Source of the DNA: a virus
Strand: one strand, 5' to 3'
Length of the DNA: 64,000 nucleotides
IMG/VR virus record: IMGVR_UViG_3300042922_000152
Coordinates: 3,831-67,830 of that record
The notes below the pieces were generated by a model. It did not search any database and had not been told where the DNA came from. It saw only the letters and a list, made by a program, of their open reading frames with translations. This document shows positions 1 through 10,879 of the stretch, piece by piece; position 1 is the stretch's first letter, and each line of letters begins with the position of its first letter. The position numbers and the translations under genes are program-made.

Positions 1-401
1 GCCTTCTCCTTCAGCCTTTTGGTTTGAAAGAAACCAAACTCGTGTTCAAGAAGCCTGAAATCAGTGACTACGAGAGCCTGTATAAGATTCTCGACGTTAT
101 CAACAAAATCGGCGGCGTAGCGCCTAACGATGTTCGTGACCTCCTTGGTAAGCTGTTAGGCAAGCAGCTTGAGCCGTTCGATGGTGACGAATACAACCTG
201 CCAGCAGGTGCTATGAAGGCGAAGGCTGAAGTCGAGCAGATGCAGACAGCAACGAAGCTGTCAGTCTCAGACGCAGCGAAGCAAAACCAGAGCGTTCAGA
301 AAGCTACATCTGCGCGTGATGACCTGATAGACCTCCTGAAGGACTTAGGAGACATTCTTCAGGAGCAACACGCTCAGATTGAAGGACTGACTGCCTCATG
401 A
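1..401 (+). CDS. Portal protein, C-terminal part (truncated by window start)
   Basis: Open frame from window edge; GGVAPNDVRDLLGK resembles PBSX-family portal C-terminus; directly upstream of head morphogenesis gene. Confidence 0.7.
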   Translation, partial: LLLQPFGLKETKLVFKKPEISDYESLYKILDVINKIGGVAPNDVRDLLGKLLGKQLEPFDGDEYNLPAGAMKAKAEVEQMQTATKLSVSDAAKQNQSVQKATSARDDLIDLLKDLGDILQEQHAQIEGLTAS

Positions 402-1330
402 GCATGGACAAACGCCTTCAGCGCATATTCAAAGCCATTGAGCGAATCACGAAGATAGAGGACGAGGAGCTTGCAGACCTCATTAAAGAGTTTCCTGAAG
501 CTGACGCGCTTATACAGTATATTGCTGCCTACGAGAAAGACTTGGCAAAGCTGCTGAAGGAAGAGAAGAAGTTCTTCATTCAGGCTGTACAGCAGTACCT
601 TGCAGGCGCTCAGACAGGCAACATTCTTGTACAGGCTATGCTTGACCTCGTTGTCACTGACATGCTTGCTGATGATCCCTTTGACGCAAAGCTTGCGGCA
701 CAATCGAAGGCTTTTTTGACAAAGGCTTGTCAAGAACTCTGCACGAAGATCATGGACATTATCGACAAGGACGTACCTTTTCAAATACTCTCGCCGCGCA
801 CAACTCAATGGATTGAGTCATGGTCTGAAGACCTTGGCAAGCTCATGAAGCTGACGAGTCACGAGGCTGTAGAGAACGTCTTGAAGAAAGGCATTGCTGA
901 AGGCCTCGGCATAGACAAGATTGTGGATGAAATGAAAGACTTGCCAGAGTTTTCACGCAGGAGAGCAAGAGCGACTGCAATCACTGAAGTCTTGACAGCA
1001 TCCTCAGTATCACAGAATGAGGCCTACGCTCAATCGCCTGCTGTCGAAGGCAAGACCTGGTTGCACTCAGGCAGCAAGAAGAATAAGCCGCGAGAGCATC
1101 ATGTCAAGCTGCACGATGTTACCATAGGCAAAAATGAAAAGTTTCTCATAGAAGGCCCGAAAGGCAGCTTTCAGGCTTCATTCCCGCGAGATACTGCGCT
1201 TCCTGCTTCTGAACGAGTCTTTTGTCATTGTGCATTAGCTCCTTCAGTGAATGAAAGTATACTCGGCCTGAGCAAGCAGGAAAAAGAAAGCATCAGGGAG
1301 CAGGTGTTAAGGGAGCTGGGAAAGGTGTGA
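398..1330 (+). CDS. Minor head / head morphogenesis protein (Mu gpF / SPP1 gp7-like)
   Basis: RARATAITE, KTW, REHH, ERVFCHC motifs; position after portal. Confidence 0.85.
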   Translation: MSMDKRLQRIFKAIERITKIEDEELADLIKEFPEADALIQYIAAYEKDLAKLLKEEKKFFIQAVQQYLAGAQTGNILVQAMLDLVVTDMLADDPFDAKLAAQSKAFLTKACQELCTKIMDIIDKDVPFQILSPRTTQWIESWSEDLGKLMKLTSHEAVENVLKKGIAEGLGIDKIVDEMKDLPEFSRRRARATAITEVLTASSVSQNEAYAQSPAVEGKTWLHSGSKKNKPREHHVKLHDVTIGKNEKFLIEGPKGSFQASFPRDTALPASERVFCHCALAPSVNESILGLSKQEKESIREQVLRELGKV

Positions 1331-1334
1331 CACT

Positions 1335-1535
1335 ATGGAATGGGATACGGAGGGAAAAACGGTGGACTCTTGTGCTGCATGTGAGTGGGACCATGAAAAC
1401 GTTGCGTTTTTTAGCGCCAATCCTGGTCTTTACTTCAAATGTCCTCTTACGCTTGCGACTGTACGAATCGCACCTAATGGTTCGTATCGTGTCGTAAAAG
1501 CGAAAAACGTGGACATTCTCTTTGGAAGGGGGTGA
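1335..1535 (+). CDS. Small hypothetical protein (CxxC)
   Basis: 66-aa ORF with SD filling the gap between head genes. Confidence 0.5.
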   Translation: MEWDTEGKTVDSCAACEWDHENVAFFSANPGLYFKCPLTLATVRIAPNGSYRVVKAKNVDILFGRG

Positions 1536-1539
1536 GAAT

Positions 1540-2637
1540 ATGCCAAGAGAACTGAAAAACGCACAAATAACCCATGTATCCTACGTAGACAAGGCAGCCA
1601 ATAAACGTCAATTCTTCCTGATGAAGGCAGAAGGTGACAAGCAGCCGAACTTTACGCGGGACGTCAAGATTCTCACCAAGGCTGACGACGAGCAAATGTT
1701 GGTCTATGGTGTTGTATATGAGCCTGGTGTTGAAGATGCCCACGACGACTTCATGACTGCTGCTGAGATTGAGAAAGCTGCTCACGGCTTCATGAAGGAT
1801 GCTCAGAACATCGACACTCAGCACAACTTTAAGGATGGCGCAGGCGAAGTGGTTGAAAGCTACATTGCCCCGCAAGATTTCAAAGTTGGTGAGCAGGTCA
1901 TTACAAAAGGCTCGTGGGTACTCGTCACGAAGGCGACTCCTGAAATCTGGGACGCCATTCAGAAGGGCGAGTTCACAGGCTACAGTATGGCAGGCGTTGC
2001 AGAGGTAGAGCAGAAGGACAGCGTAGAGAAGAATTTCTTCAAGCTGGTCAAGGACTTCTTCACCAAAGGCGAAGTAACTGACAAGTTCAACTCCGGCAAA
2101 GCGCAGCGCGACTTTCGTGCCGCATTTTATTTGTTTGAAGACGTGTATTACCAGTGTGCGTACAACAGCGATTCAAACGTACCTGACTATCAGCGCTTAT
2201 CTGATGCAGCTAAGGACTTGGGCGAGCTTCTGCTTGCACTTGCTGCTGAAGGCTCAACCGTTTGGAAATCGCTTGAACCTATCGACAAGGAGAGTGACAT
2301 TGTAATGATGAAGAAAGAGGAACTGCAACAGCTTATGAAAGAAGCGCTTGAGCCTGTCGTAACGCGCTTGGACAGCCTTGAGAAGGCACAGCCTGAAGCA
2401 CCTGCTGCCGAGCCTGTAGCGAAGTCGGAAGAAGGCGAAGGCGCGAAGCCTGAAGGCGAGTCTGCTGAAGACATCAAGAAGGCCTTCGCTGACATCGTAA
2501 AGGAAGCCCTTGCTCCTATCAGCGCTCGTCTGGATGTCGTCGAAAAGAATCGCGGTATTAGCAAGGCCGCTGACGCTGACGACAAGAAGCCTGCCGAAAC
2601 TGAAGTTCAAAAATCCATCTGGGCAGGCCTGCTGTAA
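1540..2637 (+). CDS. xkdF: XkdF-like prohead protease / scaffold
   Basis: MPRELKNAQITHVSYVDKAANKRQF, VYGVVYEP, GEFTGYSMAG; acidic scaffold-like C-terminus; SD-supported ATG at 1540. Confidence 0.85.
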   Translation: MPRELKNAQITHVSYVDKAANKRQFFLMKAEGDKQPNFTRDVKILTKADDEQMLVYGVVYEPGVEDAHDDFMTAAEIEKAAHGFMKDAQNIDTQHNFKDGAGEVVESYIAPQDFKVGEQVITKGSWVLVTKATPEIWDAIQKGEFTGYSMAGVAEVEQKDSVEKNFFKLVKDFFTKGEVTDKFNSGKAQRDFRAAFYLFEDVYYQCAYNSDSNVPDYQRLSDAAKDLGELLLALAAEGSTVWKSLEPIDKESDIVMMKKEELQQLMKEALEPVVTRLDSLEKAQPEAPAAEPVAKSEEGEGAKPEGESAEDIKKAFADIVKEALAPISARLDVVEKNRGISKAADADDKKPAETEVQKSIWAGLL

Positions 2638-2679
2638 TATCAGCAGCTTTGCACCTATTAAAAGGAGGACTTACACATA

Positions 2680-3627
2680 ATGCCTACTAACCAGCAAATT
2701 ATCGAAAAAGCAGCAATGATGCTGTCTGACCTGTCCACCGGCGGTAAAATGAATGACACTCAGTTTAACACCTTTTACCGCAAGGTGATTGACAGCCCGA
2801 CTATCCTGCGGGATTGCCGTACTGTTGTAATGCCTATCGACAGCATGAAGATTGAGAAGATCGGCTTCGGTACTCGCATTCTGCGTCCCGGTGTTGAAGG
2901 CGTAGCGCTGCTGGACAATCAACTCAGCAAGCCTACTACTTCCACCATCACGCTGAACGCGAAGGAAGTTATCGCGGAAGTTAACATCACTTACGATACC
3001 CTGGAAAACAACATTGAGGGTGACCGTTTGTATGACACCATCATGAACATGATTGCAGAGCGCGTGTCTCTTGACCTGGAAGAGCTTATCCTGAACGGCG
3101 ATACCTCTCTTTCTGCGACTGACCCGTATCTGGCAATTCTGAACGGCCTGCGTAAGAAGGCTACTTCCCACGTGGTTGACTACGCCAACGCAGACCTGAC
3201 CAAGACCTTGTTCAAGAAGCTGTACAATGCTGTGCCGACGAAGTACATTCGTAACCCCGGCGACTGGCGTTTCTACGTGTCCTACAGCAATGAGCTGGAG
3301 TGGAAGGACACTATTGCTAATCGTCAAACAGCTTTGGGTGACCAAGGCGTTACCTCTGCTAACGTGCCTACTGCATATGGCGTACCTGTTCGCGGTATTG
3401 CTATGCTGCAACCGTACACGTCTAACAGCGTTGACGTGAATGATGGTTTCTTCACTCACCCGAAGAACATCCTGACAGGTATCAGCCGGAACATTCGGGT
3501 TGAGGTTGACAAGGACATCCGCGCCCGGAAGTTCATCATCGTTGTTACTGCCAAGATTGACACTCAATTTGAAGAAGAAGACGCTGTGGCTAAGGCCATC
3601 AAGATCAAGAACACAATTTCCGGCTAA
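2680..3627 (+). CDS. xkdG: Major capsid protein (XkdG-like)
   Basis: KIEKIGFGTRIL, LENNIEG, THPKNI motifs; follows protease; strong SD. Confidence 0.9.
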   Translation: MPTNQQIIEKAAMMLSDLSTGGKMNDTQFNTFYRKVIDSPTILRDCRTVVMPIDSMKIEKIGFGTRILRPGVEGVALLDNQLSKPTTSTITLNAKEVIAEVNITYDTLENNIEGDRLYDTIMNMIAERVSLDLEELILNGDTSLSATDPYLAILNGLRKKATSHVVDYANADLTKTLFKKLYNAVPTKYIRNPGDWRFYVSYSNELEWKDTIANRQTALGDQGVTSANVPTAYGVPVRGIAMLQPYTSNSVDVNDGFFTHPKNILTGISRNIRVEVDKDIRARKFIIVVTAKIDTQFEEEDAVAKAIKIKNTISG

Positions 3628-3711
3628 TAATTAGCCTGCGCTATTCAGCGCTCAAATATGCGAGGTAGGTACAAGCTGCCTACCTCTTCTATAATAAGGA
3701 GGAGAACTACA

Positions 3712-4041
3712 ATGGCAAAGTTTGCAAGCCTGATTGTTGGTCAGACTTATGACGTGATGGGCATTCGCTTTACTGCGAACAACCCGATTGAGGTAGACGA
3801 GGCGCTTGCTGACTACCTCGAAGATAACGAACAGTTCGAAATCACTTCCGGCAAAGCTCCTTCCAAGGAGAAAGCAAAGGGCAAAGGCAAGGACGCTGCA
3901 AAGGCTGAAGTGAAAGCTGATGCTGATGCAGACGAAGAACTTGCGCGCCTTCAGGCTATTGCTGCTACCTTGGAACTGGAAACCGAAGGCCTGAGCGTTG
4001 ACGAAATCAAAGCCCTGATTGAAAAGGCTGAGAACGAGTAA
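3712..4041 (+). CDS. YqbF-like head-associated protein
   Basis: GQTYDVMGIRF...LADYLEDNEQFEI N-terminal domain; position after capsid. Confidence 0.6.
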   Translation: MAKFASLIVGQTYDVMGIRFTANNPIEVDEALADYLEDNEQFEITSGKAPSKEKAKGKGKDAAKAEVKADADADEELARLQAIAATLELETEGLSVDEIKALIEKAENE

Positions 4042-4069
4042 TCCCATAAGGGAGAAAGGATGACGTACA

Positions 4070-4285
4070 ATGCCCAAAATTCCTCCGGAAATCGGTAAAG
4101 GCGGCGCGCACCTGAACGAAATCAGGACTCTGCTGTACAGCCTCGTAGATGACCTCACGAGCGTGAAAGCTGAACTGGCAGACCTGAAGACGAAGTACAA
4201 CGCGCACACGCATACTGCAAATGATACTGCGATTATCGCAGGTCAGCGCGGTACTGTCTCCTCTACCATTACCACTACGAAGTAG
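4070..4285 (+). CDS. Small head decoration/fibre-like protein
   Basis: Coiled coil followed by YNAHTH; position in head module. Confidence 0.5.
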   Translation: MPKIPPEIGKGGAHLNEIRTLLYSLVDDLTSVKAELADLKTKYNAHTHTANDTAIIAGQRGTVSSTITTTK

Positions 4286-4294
4286 GTGGCCTGA

Positions 4295-4684
4295 ATGTCC
4301 TTAATAGCTCCGTCTGACGTGAAGGAATACACAGCTTACGAGACTGTGAAGGCGCGCGCTGACGCACAGCTTGCTTTCGACATAATTCAGGCGGAGCAGG
4401 ACATTTTCTCTTACTGCGGTCATGATTTCACCGCAGACGAGTACACTCCGCTGCCTGTACCTGTCAAAATTGCGCTAATCAAGGTAACTGAATACTATTC
4501 GCTGATCAACTCTGATGAATCTGGCATCAAAGGTTACAAGTCAGAGAAGATTGGCGATTATCAGTATCAGGTAGGCGACTCTGCGGGGACGCCTATATTT
4601 GCGCGTTTTGCGCTCGCCTCGCTGCTCAAGCCTTTCATTTTACCCGGCAAAGGCGGACCTCGCTTCCGGTTGAGGGGGATATGA
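4295..4684 (+). CDS. Head-tail connector (YqbG-like)
   Basis: KSEKIGDYQY motif; synteny. Confidence 0.75.
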   Translation: MSLIAPSDVKEYTAYETVKARADAQLAFDIIQAEQDIFSYCGHDFTADEYTPLPVPVKIALIKVTEYYSLINSDESGIKGYKSEKIGDYQYQVGDSAGTPIFARFALASLLKPFILPGKGGPRFRLRGI

Positions 4685-4685
4685 T

Positions 4686-5063
4686 ATGTCGTATGCCTCT
4701 TTGCTGTCTGAGCGAGGCGACTTCTTCAGGCTGAAGGAAATCAAAGCGCCTCGTGCCTATGGCGCTCCTGAGAAGAAAACCTTCGGCTATGACGTAACGC
4801 CTGATCTTGCTGACGTGCCTTGTCAGTCTGTACGCTTCGTTGGTCAAGCAAAAATCACTCAGGAAGAACCCAATCGTGTAGTAGAAGCGCAGTTTCTTTT
4901 GCATGTAGGCATATCGCAAGATATACGCCTAAATGACAAGATCATCCTTTATCCTAAAGGTGATACTGCGAAAGCGCGTGGCGTTGCTTACAAGCTGCGT
5001 GAGCCTCGCAATATTCGAGGACATCATTGGGAAGTCGAAATCTATCGGGATGAAAGTCTATGA
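4686..5063 (+). CDS. Head closure protein (XkdH-like)
   Basis: PRNIRGHHWEV motif; synteny. Confidence 0.7.
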   Translation: MSYASLLSERGDFFRLKEIKAPRAYGAPEKKTFGYDVTPDLADVPCQSVRFVGQAKITQEEPNRVVEAQFLLHVGISQDIRLNDKIILYPKGDTAKARGVAYKLREPRNIRGHHWEVEIYRDESL

Positions 5064-5602
5064 CCGGAATCCAAGGACTTGACGACTTTCTGAATGACCT
5101 GACGAAGCTACAGAACATTAAGAATGAGATACCTTTATGGCTCGAAGCCCTATCCTTTCAGTTCCTCGAAGAGGTTCAACGTGAGATTATACGGTCCCAG
5201 ACAGTAGACACTCGCAGGCTATTGAACAGCTTCGACAAAGGAAATGAAGATGGCGTATTCGAGTACAGTAATGGTGGTCTTACACTTGAGGTTGGCACGA
5301 ACCTTGAATATGCGCGCTTTGCGAACGATGGTCACATGACTGTCAGGCCTGACACTCCCGGTGCGAAGCGCTTGAAAAACGGTCAACTTGCTCGCTGGGT
5401 TCCCGGCTACTGGCGAGGCGGTGAGTTCGTGTATGACAAAGGCGCGAAAACAGGAATGCTCTTAAAGGCAAAATGGGTGGAAGGTTCGCATTATTTTGAT
5501 ACGGCATTCAAAATTTGGGAGGCTATGTTCGGCAAGTCTCTTGAGAAAAAGTTTGCCATGTATCTCAATAATCCTACTATGTCTAAGAAAAGGGGGAAAT
5601 AG
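5060..5602 (+). CDS. HK97 gp10-like neck protein (XkdI-like)
   Basis: VDTRRLLNSF, VGTNLEYARFANDGH, WVEGSHYF. Confidence 0.8.
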   Translation: MTGIQGLDDFLNDLTKLQNIKNEIPLWLEALSFQFLEEVQREIIRSQTVDTRRLLNSFDKGNEDGVFEYSNGGLTLEVGTNLEYARFANDGHMTVRPDTPGAKRLKNGQLARWVPGYWRGGEFVYDKGAKTGMLLKAKWVEGSHYFDTAFKIWEAMFGKSLEKKFAMYLNNPTMSKKRGK

Positions 5603-5603
5603 T

Positions 5604-6068
5604 ATGCTTGAGCAGGAGCTTGGTTCGCTTATGAAGCATGTTCATGCTGCGTTTCCTGTCGATATCTGGACAACAAACGCCACGAAAGACCTTTTGCCTC
5701 CTACGCTATACTTCCCTCCCCCGATAATGACAAGTCGTGTCATCATGCCCGACGCCTTTCAGTATTCATACACGCTTAACGTCAAACTGTTTCACAAGAG
5801 TCAGGAAGAAGCATTTGCTCACGCTCATGCTATTTCCATATCTCTCTGCAAGTACAGAATGACGTTTAAGCTCATGGACGAGGCAGGCGAGGACACAGGC
5901 AAAGTGAAGAAGCTGAAGGCTGTCAGAGTGTCAATGTTGACGCAGCCTGACGAGGAAAATCACATTGCCGAAATCGCTATCGAATGGGATTCAATATACA
6001 GGTATGAGCAAGAAGCATATGAGAAGATGATGGAAGTCAACATCAAGAGATTATCAAAGGAGGAATAG
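5604..6068 (+). CDS. Tail terminator (XkdJ-like)
   Basis: PTLYFPPP, YTLNVKLF; precedes sheath. Confidence 0.7.
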   Translation: MLEQELGSLMKHVHAAFPVDIWTTNATKDLLPPTLYFPPPIMTSRVIMPDAFQYSYTLNVKLFHKSQEEAFAHAHAISISLCKYRMTFKLMDEAGEDTGKVKKLKAVRVSMLTQPDEENHIAEIAIEWDSIYRYEQEAYEKMMEVNIKRLSKEE

Positions 6069-6070
6069 AC

Positions 6071-7129
6071 ATGGCAGGAGGTTCTTGGGACCCGGCTTCT
6101 GCGAAGGTGCGCCCCGGTCTTTACATCAACTTCAAAAATGCCGCTATTGCCGCTATTCAAGGCGGCGCTCGCGGTACTGTCGCTGTTCCGCTTGTGACCT
6201 ATACAGGCGCAACAGCAAAGAAGCTGTATGAAGTGGCTAACGTTGCTGAAGCCTCTCAGCTTTTCGGCGCTGCAAACATCAAGCCCATTCAGCGTATTTT
6301 CAAAGGCGGTGCGAACAAGGTTATTGTGTACACCTTGCCCGCTTATGATGCGCAAACAGCCGCGCAGGATTACATTGACATGCGCGCTGCGTTCGATACT
6401 CGCATTTTCAATGTGTTCGTGTACGCAGGCGAAGTGACGAGCGCAGAGCAGGACAACGCGCTTGCGTGGATGCAAGGTAACAAAGCTGAGGGCAAACTGT
6501 TTCAGGTGGTATTCGGTGGCTCTGCTGCTGATGATCAAAACCCCGCAACAGGCAATGCGCGTACTACGCGCCTCGCAGACCCCTATGCTGTTAACCTGAT
6601 TGTCGGCACGATTGAAAGTGGCGTTGTTATCTCGTCCGCTGAGTTCGCTGCCGAAATCGCGGGCCTGATTGCAGGAACGCCTATCAACAAGTCCATTACT
6701 TACGCACAGGTGCGTGTCGATGATGTCAGCAAGCGCCTGACAAATGCGCAGATCATCACAGCACTTCAGGCTGGCTCGCTTGTCCTTGTGCATGACGGTG
6801 AGAAGGTGAAGGTTGAGCGCGGTCTTGCTACCGACAAGAGCAAAATTCGTAAGGTGCGCGCTGAAATCGCTATTCAAACTGACATCACGAAAACAGCCAA
6901 TGATAACTACATTGGCAAGATTGACAATAACACTGACGGTCAGAAGGCGCTCATTGCAGCTATCAAGGCATTCCTTGAAACGCTGGTAACTATGAACGTC
7001 CTCACCGAGGACTTGACTGTCGGTCTGAGTGCTGATTATCCTTCTGTAGGTGACAAGGTTTACATTGACATCAGCTTTACAGAGGTAGACAGCATGGAAG
7101 AAATCTATCTCACCATCACGGTCAACTAA
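6071..7129 (+). CDS. xkdK: Tail sheath protein (XkdK-like, compact 352 aa)
   Basis: MAGGSW..KVRPGLYINF, KIRKVR, YIGKIDN, VDSMEEIY. Confidence 0.9.
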   Translation: MAGGSWDPASAKVRPGLYINFKNAAIAAIQGGARGTVAVPLVTYTGATAKKLYEVANVAEASQLFGAANIKPIQRIFKGGANKVIVYTLPAYDAQTAAQDYIDMRAAFDTRIFNVFVYAGEVTSAEQDNALAWMQGNKAEGKLFQVVFGGSAADDQNPATGNARTTRLADPYAVNLIVGTIESGVVISSAEFAAEIAGLIAGTPINKSITYAQVRVDDVSKRLTNAQIITALQAGSLVLVHDGEKVKVERGLATDKSKIRKVRAEIAIQTDITKTANDNYIGKIDNNTDGQKALIAAIKAFLETLVTMNVLTEDLTVGLSADYPSVGDKVYIDISFTEVDSMEEIYLTITVN

Positions 7130-7149
7130 GAGAGGAGGTATAGCTTACT

Positions 7150-7587
7150 ATGGCACTTGACGAAAAGCGCATTATTAATGGTCAATATGGCGAGCTTTGG
7201 CACGAAGGTGTATGGCAAACCAACGTCATTAGCGTAGAGGCTTCCGTCGAAATCACGAAGGAAGAAGTAAATCGCGCAGGTACTCGCTGGGTAGGTCACA
7301 AAGCTACCTCGCTTAAAGGTACAGGCACGATGCGTGGTTACAAGGTGACTTCCGACTGGGTTGAGCGTATCGGCACTATCGCAAATGACCGCAATTCTGC
7401 CTATGTGACAGAGCTTATTATTGCTCTGAAAGACCCCGAAGCATGGGGGTCTTATCGTTTGCGTCTGAAAGGCGTTTCCTTCGACAAGATTGACCTCGTT
7501 AACTACGAGCTTGGTCAACTGGTTGAAGAAGAAATGGCCTTCACCTTCACAGGCTTTGACCTGCTGGACAAATACACAGCCGTTTAA
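7150..7587 (+). CDS. xkdM: Tail tube protein (XkdM-like)
   Basis: INGQYGELW, GTGTMRGYKVTS, LKDPEA, EEEMAFTF. Confidence 0.9.
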   Translation: MALDEKRIINGQYGELWHEGVWQTNVISVEASVEITKEEVNRAGTRWVGHKATSLKGTGTMRGYKVTSDWVERIGTIANDRNSAYVTELIIALKDPEAWGSYRLRLKGVSFDKIDLVNYELGQLVEEEMAFTFTGFDLLDKYTAV

Positions 7588-7596
7588 TATATTCAA

Positions 7597-7630
7597 AGAG
7601 GCGAAGAGGCAAAAGCCTTTTCGCCTTTAT
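7597..7630 (+). terminator. Stem-loop after tube gene (likely weak terminator)
   Basis: AGGCGAAGAGGC-AAAA-GCCTTTTCGCCT inverted repeat. Confidence 0.55.
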
Positions 7631-7650
7631 TCTAAGGAGGAGAACACGAA

Positions 7651-8076
7651 ATGAATGAAGAACTGGAGAAGAAAGAACAAACTGCCGAGGACGTACTGAA
7701 TGCGCTGCTTTCGACTGAACACGTTGTACAGAAGAAAATTCACATGAAGCGCTTTGGCGTAGATTTTACTATCTGCGCTGTTGACGGCAAGGTCATTGAC
7801 CGCATTAGCGAGCGCTGTACGCGCTATGTAGGCAAAGGCAGCAAGCGCACGAAGGAAATGGATGAACTGCTGTTCGGCGCGCTGCTGATCAAGCATGGCT
7901 GTGTTGAGCCGAAATGGGATGATCAACGCCTGTTGACTGCCTATCAGACGCATGACGCCGCTGACGTTATCAAGCTTCGCCTGCTCGCTGGCGAGATTAG
8001 CAAGCTGACCTCCGAAATCATGACTCTCAGCGGTTACGAAGATGACGAGGACAGCATTGACACGGTAAAAAACTAA
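7651..8076 (+). CDS. xkdN: Tail assembly chaperone (XkdN-like)
   Basis: LLAGEISKL..IMTLSGY; between tube and tape measure genes. Confidence 0.85.
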   Translation: MNEELEKKEQTAEDVLNALLSTEHVVQKKIHMKRFGVDFTICAVDGKVIDRISERCTRYVGKGSKRTKEMDELLFGALLIKHGCVEPKWDDQRLLTAYQTHDAADVIKLRLLAGEISKLTSEIMTLSGYEDDEDSIDTVKN

Positions 8077-8246
8077 TAAAGGAAGGTGGCGAAGCATTTT
8101 GCTTGCACCTTGTATATCAGCGCCACCACCTTCCTCCACATGAAGTATACAACCTTCCAAAGAAACAAAAGAATTTCATGTATGCCTCTGACCTGCTCGC
8201 ACTTGAGGAGGAAAAGGCCGAAGCTGATAGAATGAAACGAAAGTAG
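8067..8246 (+). CDS. -1 frameshift extension of tail assembly chaperone
   Basis: Slippery A AAA AAC before the stop; -1 frame reads LIKEGGEAFCLHL...FMYASDLLALEEE to TAG at 8246 with no own start. Confidence 0.75.
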   Translation, partial: KKLIKEGGEAFCLHLVYQRHHLPPHEVYNLPKKQKNFMYASDLLALEEEKAEADRMKRK

Positions 8247-8254
8247 GTGACGAA

Positions 8255-10879
8255 ATGGCGGGCAAACAATACAGGCTGACAGCGGTCTTGTCCTTGCGTA
8301 ATAAGCTTTCAGGTCAATTGTCCAAGGTTAAATCTGCTACCTCTAAGGTGGCGAAGACCGTGAGCAAAGACATGAGCGCTATATCCCGCGCTGTATCGAC
8401 AGGCGCGAAGCGAGTCAAGACTGTATCTGGTAGACTGTTTCAGCCTATCTCAGGCGCAGCGACTCAAGCGACTATTGCAGTCAAAGGCCTTGTGTCAGCC
8501 GTGAAGAAGGTTCGCGGCATTTCTGCTCCAACAACTCGTCCGGCTACAGCAGCGCCTCCACAATCTAATGCAGTTTACTCAGGAGGACGCTGGCGTAATC
8601 CTAATACAGGACGCTTCGTAGCTGGTGCAAACGCTGCGACAAACGCCGCGATTCGCGCGACGACAGCAACAGGAAAAACATCCACCTCCCTGAACAAGCT
8701 GACACAGAGCAACGCGCGCGCAGGTTCGAGCTTCATGTCTATGACAAAGGGTATCGTAGGCATGACTGCTGCCTTCGGCGTACTTACAGCAGCAGCGTCC
8801 CCCTTCCTGAAGGTGGTTCAAGGCATTAAAGATGCGTTCAAATTCGAAATGAACCAAGCGACGATAACAGCAATGTTCAAGGGCGACACGAAGCAAGCCG
8901 ACGCATACATGAACATGCTCAGTAAACGAGCGCTTGACTCACCACTGTTTCAAGAACAAGACTATTTTCAGTATTCGAAATCGTTCGTCGGTATGTCTAA
9001 GGACATAAACCAACTGAGCGCCATGTGGGGAATCGCTGAAAGACTTGCTGCGGCTGACCCTGTACAAGGTCTTGAAGGTGCGGTATTCGCTATGCGCGAA
9101 ATGTTCTCCGGTGACGCTGTTTCGATGGTTGAACGTTTTGAAATGCCGAGAGCAAAAATGAACGAAATCAAGAAACTCGACATCAATGGGCAGATTAACG
9201 CTCTTGACAAACAACTGTCAGAAATGGGTTTCGGTGCCGACTTCCTCGACAAGATTTCTGATACCGGAACAGCTTACAAGAATCAAATTCAAGAGAAATT
9301 CCAAAAGGCGTTCAAGAACATCGGTACAGGCGCGCTTGAGGAAATGAAACCTCGTATGAAGGCCTTCAACGAATCGCTTGATACAGGAGGCCTTGAGCAG
9401 TTTACGAAGATTGGCACGAAGGTCATGAAGACTTTCTTCAGCTACACGTTCAGAGGCTTTGACATGTTCGTGAACAAGGTAGCGAAGCCTTTCGTCAAGT
9501 GGTTCAAGGAAATGAGCGCTTGGACTTATCCTCTTGCGAAAGGAATTGGCGTTGCAATCGCAGCCTTTGCAGCTTTCAGCGCTGTGACGATGGTTATTCG
9601 CGCTGTAGGCGCTGCTATATCGTTCCTAACCTCTCCTATCGGTCTTGTCCTCGTAGCTATAGCGCTGCTGTATGCTGCGTGGGATGGAAACTGGTGGGGA
9701 TTCCGTGATACGGTAATTAAGGTGTGGAACTACATCTTCCCGTATCTGACGAAGGCGTGGAACTGGATTGTCAACCTGTTCAAGACGAGTGGGCCTAAAA
9801 TACAGTCAACAGTCATGTCTATGATGTCAAAGGTCAAGCAGATTTTCCTAACCTACTGGCCTATGGTAGTAAACATTGCCAAACAGGTTTGGGGAGTCCT
9901 TGTTAACATTTACAGGACGTTCGCGCCGATTATCGTGCAGGTTGTGCAGTATGCGTGGGGCTTGATTCAGCGGATCATTGCTTTTGTAATGCCCTTCATT
10001 GTCGGGCTAATTCAAAAATATGTACCGATGATTGTCAAAGCCTTTCAAACTGTCTACAACTATATTATGATGATCATGCCGAAGGTGCTTGAGGTCATAA
10101 CGCGCATTTGGAACACAATCTGGCCTATTGTCAAGTTTGCTGTTGACGTGATATGGGAAGTTGTTAAGGTGGCGTTTACGGCAATTTGGGGAATTATCGA
10201 ATGGGTAATGAACCTCATTGTAAACGTCATTCGCGTTGCTTGGGATGTCGTCTCTGGCGTGTTCAACTTCTGGGTATCGCTGCTTTCAGGTGACGTTGTA
10301 GGAGCCTTTACAGGCCTGTGGGATACCGTTCAAAAGGTGTTCGGCAAGAACGGCATTACCAAAATTTTCACAGACGCTATAGGCGGCGCTTGGGATGTTG
10401 GCAAGAACCTCGCAGGTGCGATTCGAGACGGATTCACAAACGTGTTTACGAGCTTCATTGATAATGTCAAGGGCTTGTGGGATGGGCTTACAGGCTGGTT
10501 TAAAAAGGGTGACAAGAAGATTTCTCCGCAGCTTGAAATTCCTTCTGAGGCAGAGCGCGCAGCATTTATTCCTGGAGGCTACAGCGCTGCAAGAGGCTCC
10601 TTTGGGCCTGCCCCGAAAACACCTGCCTCTATTCCTTACAAGTCGCATTCAGGTGGCCTTGATTATGTGCCTTACGATGGCTACAAGGCAAACCTGCATA
10701 AAGGCGAGCGCGTGTTAACCAAGGAAGAAAACAAAGAGCAGAGCAGCGCGCAGCGTCCTATCATCGTCAACATTCCCAAGCTTGCTGATACTATTAATGC
10801 AAGTGACCCGAAGGACGTTGATAAGATGATGGGTATATTCGCTCGCAAACTGAATGAGTTAGGAGGCGCGCCCGCATGA
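8255..10879 (+). CDS. Tail tape measure protein
   Basis: 874 aa, Trp-periodic amphipathic repeats, C-terminal [22 protein letters not shown]. Confidence 0.9.
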   Translation: MAGKQYRLTAVLSLRNKLSGQLSKVKSATSKVAKTVSKDMSAISRAVSTGAKRVKTVSGRLFQPISGAATQATIAVKGLVSAVKKVRGISAPTTRPATAAPPQSNAVYSGGRWRNPNTGRFVAGANAATNAAIRATTATGKTSTSLNKLTQSNARAGSSFMSMTKGIVGMTAAFGVLTAAASPFLKVVQGIKDAFKFEMNQATITAMFKGDTKQADAYMNMLSKRALDSPLFQEQDYFQYSKSFVGMSKDINQLSAMWGIAERLAAADPVQGLEGAVFAMREMFSGDAVSMVERFEMPRAKMNEIKKLDINGQINALDKQLSEMGFGADFLDKISDTGTAYKNQIQEKFQKAFKNIGTGALEEMKPRMKAFNESLDTGGLEQFTKIGTKVMKTFFSYTFRGFDMFVNKVAKPFVKWFKEMSAWTYPLAKGIGVAIAAFAAFSAVTMVIRAVGAAISFLTSPIGLVLVAIALLYAAWDGNWWGFRDTVIKVWNYIFPYLTKAWNWIVNLFKTSGPKIQSTVMSMMSKVKQIFLTYWPMVVNIAKQVWGVLVNIYRTFAPIIVQVVQYAWGLIQRIIAFVMPFIVGLIQKYVPMIVKAFQTVYNYIMMIMPKVLEVITRIWNTIWPIVKFAVDVIWEVVKVAFTAIWGIIEWVMNLIVNVIRVAWDVVSGVFNFWVSLLSGDVVGAFTGLWDTVQKVFGKNGITKIFTDAIGGAWDVGKNLAGAIRDGFTNVFTSFIDNVKGLWDGLTGWFKKGDKKISPQLEIPSEAERAAFIPGGYSAARGSFGPAPKTPASIPYKSHSGGLDYVPYDGYKANLHKGERVLTKEENKEQSSAQRPIIVNIPKLADTINASDPKDVDKMMGIFARKLNELGGAPA

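Noticed and set aside
2671-3567. 298-aa minus-strand ORF over the capsid gene (similar ones over sheath, FN3, SGNH, clamp and MTase genes)
   Set aside because: Antisense shadow of strongly codon-biased + strand genes; no SD and no recognisable motifs.
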